Of a DNA stretch of 64,000 nt, positions 63,149-64,000 are shown piece by piece (the first letter of the stretch is position 1; every line of letters begins with the position of its first letter). Below the pieces are notes generated by a model. The model saw only the letters and a list, made by a program, of their open reading frames with translations. It had not been told where the DNA came from and did not search any database. The stretch comes from an uncultured bacterium (GTDB lineage Bacteria; Fermentibacterota; Fermentibacteria; Fermentibacterales; JCC-6), in NCBI GenBank assembly GCA_964571965.1, contig CAZNFQ010000002.1, forward strand, positions 2,363 through 66,362, in the 5' to 3' direction. Made by a program: the position numbers and the translations under genes.

Positions 63149-64000
63149 ATAACGGGAGAGAGAGTTCCGCGAGAGCGCCTGAGGCGGTGTTTTTCAAAAC
63201 CACCTCTCCGCCGTGCCGTTCTGCTATTCGCTGAACGATTGAAAGACCAAGACCTGTTCCTCCGCTGTCTGAGCCTTTTACAAAGGGGTTTAGCGCCCTG
63301 TCAGAAAAACCCTTGGGAAAACCCTTGCCATCGTCTGCAACTGAGATAACAGCGCGGTTTCCCGACTGGCTGATAGAAATGGTAACAGAAGAAGAGGCAT
63401 ACCGTACGGCATTGCGTACAAGATTGGACACCGCTCTAAGGATAAGGCGATAGTCTCCTGTTACATGGGTATTCCCGGCGGAGCAGTTCAAAGATATATC
63501 AACGGCAGGGTTGTGGACTCGTTCCGCATCTGCTGCTTCACTGCACACATCGGAGAGAGAAACCCTGTCCATCTCCGGTTCGGTGTTCCTTATACGATTG
63601 AATTCAAGCAATTCAGAAACAAGGGTATCAAGCTCAAAGAGATCTTTTTCCATCAGATCCAGTTTTTCTCTCACCGTATCGGGGTTGTCTCTTGCAAGCT
63701 CCAGGGCGAAGCTCAGCCTTGCCATAGGGGTGCGTAGCTCGTGGGCCACAGAGTTCAAGAGTTCATTATGTGAGTCCAGCAGGGTGATTATTCTCTCTGC
63801 CATGAGGTTGAAGGATCTTCCCAGTTCGTCTATTTCATCGCGGCTGCCCTGATCCGGGTAACGGGCGGTCAATTTCCCTTTGCCGAAGCTGCCCGTGGCC
63901 GTTGTAAGCAGTGCCGTACGTCTGAAAACCGATTTCAGGCCGAAGCCCAGGGCAATGGCCTGGGAGATGAAGAGAACAAGGGCGAACAGAACAAGAAGTG
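63147..64000 (-). CDS. sensor histidine kinase (HAMP-HisKA-HATPase); C-terminal part in window, gene continues past the right edge
   Basis: H-box HELRTPMARL, N-box/G-box (NLVRNAVRYA, DDGKGFP, GGTGLGLSIVQRIAERHGG). The reading frame stays open upstream through position 64000. Confidence 0.8.
   Translation of the reverse strand, partial: LLVLFALVLFISQAIALGFGLKSVFRRTALLTTATGSFGKGKLTARYPDQGSRDEIDELGRSFNLMAERIITLLDSHNELLNSVAHELRTPMARLSFALELARDNPDTVREKLDLMEKDLFELDTLVSELLEFNRIRNTEPEMDRVSLSDVCSEAADAERVHNPAVDISLNCSAGNTHVTGDYRLILRAVSNLVRNAVRYASSSVTISISQSGNRAVISVADDGKGFPKGFSDRALNPFVKGSDSGGTGLGLSIVQRIAERHGGEVVLKNTASGALAELSLPL

Overview
This is a bacterial chromosomal segment of about 55-60% GC with tight gene packing. 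It spans a replication-origin region, an archaeal-type V-ATPase operon, a fermentation cluster, ribosomal and housekeeping genes, and an uncharacterised CotH/VTC/DUF4956 cluster that I consider the main novelty. Minus-strand genes run from the left edge to dnaA in the order V-type ATPase atpH-I-K-E-C-F-A (A truncated at the edge), bactofilin, L-asparaginase, an orphan 1189-aa protein, gyrA, gyrB, a DciA-like DUF721 gene, dnaN, a DnaA-box/AT-rich intergenic region, and dnaA. Plus-strand genes then diverge from rpmH: rpmH-rnpA-yidD-yidC-mnmE-mnmG-rsmG-parA-parB-ferredoxin. Further right come a GT4 glycosyltransferase, a HAD hydrolase, ptb-buk-iorA-iorB, a DUF4126 protein and a standalone lamin-tail-domain (LTD) protein. 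At 34.5-41.9 kb a tight minus-strand operon encodes two tandem paralogous CotH-kinase-like proteins, each fused to an LTD and a C-terminal type IX secretion (T9SS) sorting domain. It continues with an outer-membrane beta-barrel, a VTC (polyphosphate-polymerase-like, CYTH-fold) domain protein and a DUF4956 membrane protein. The rest of the window holds a rhamnose-isomerase-like gene, nnr, acpS, tsaD, rplI, DUF2232, rpsR, an SSB-like paralog, ssb, rpsF, a gingipain-like C25 peptidase with a T9SS C-terminal domain, an OM barrel, IMPase, a CASTOR/POLLUX-like RCK channel operon, iscR-iscU-iscS, another OM barrel, secDF and a convergent sensor histidine kinase truncated at the edge. Three T9SS cargo proteins point to an FCB-group-like or candidate-phylum organism. 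No CRISPR array, rRNA or tRNA, and no obvious mobile element, was seen. My hand-counted coordinates for small features may be off by 1-2 nt; CDS coordinates follow the supplied ORF track with some starts revised.
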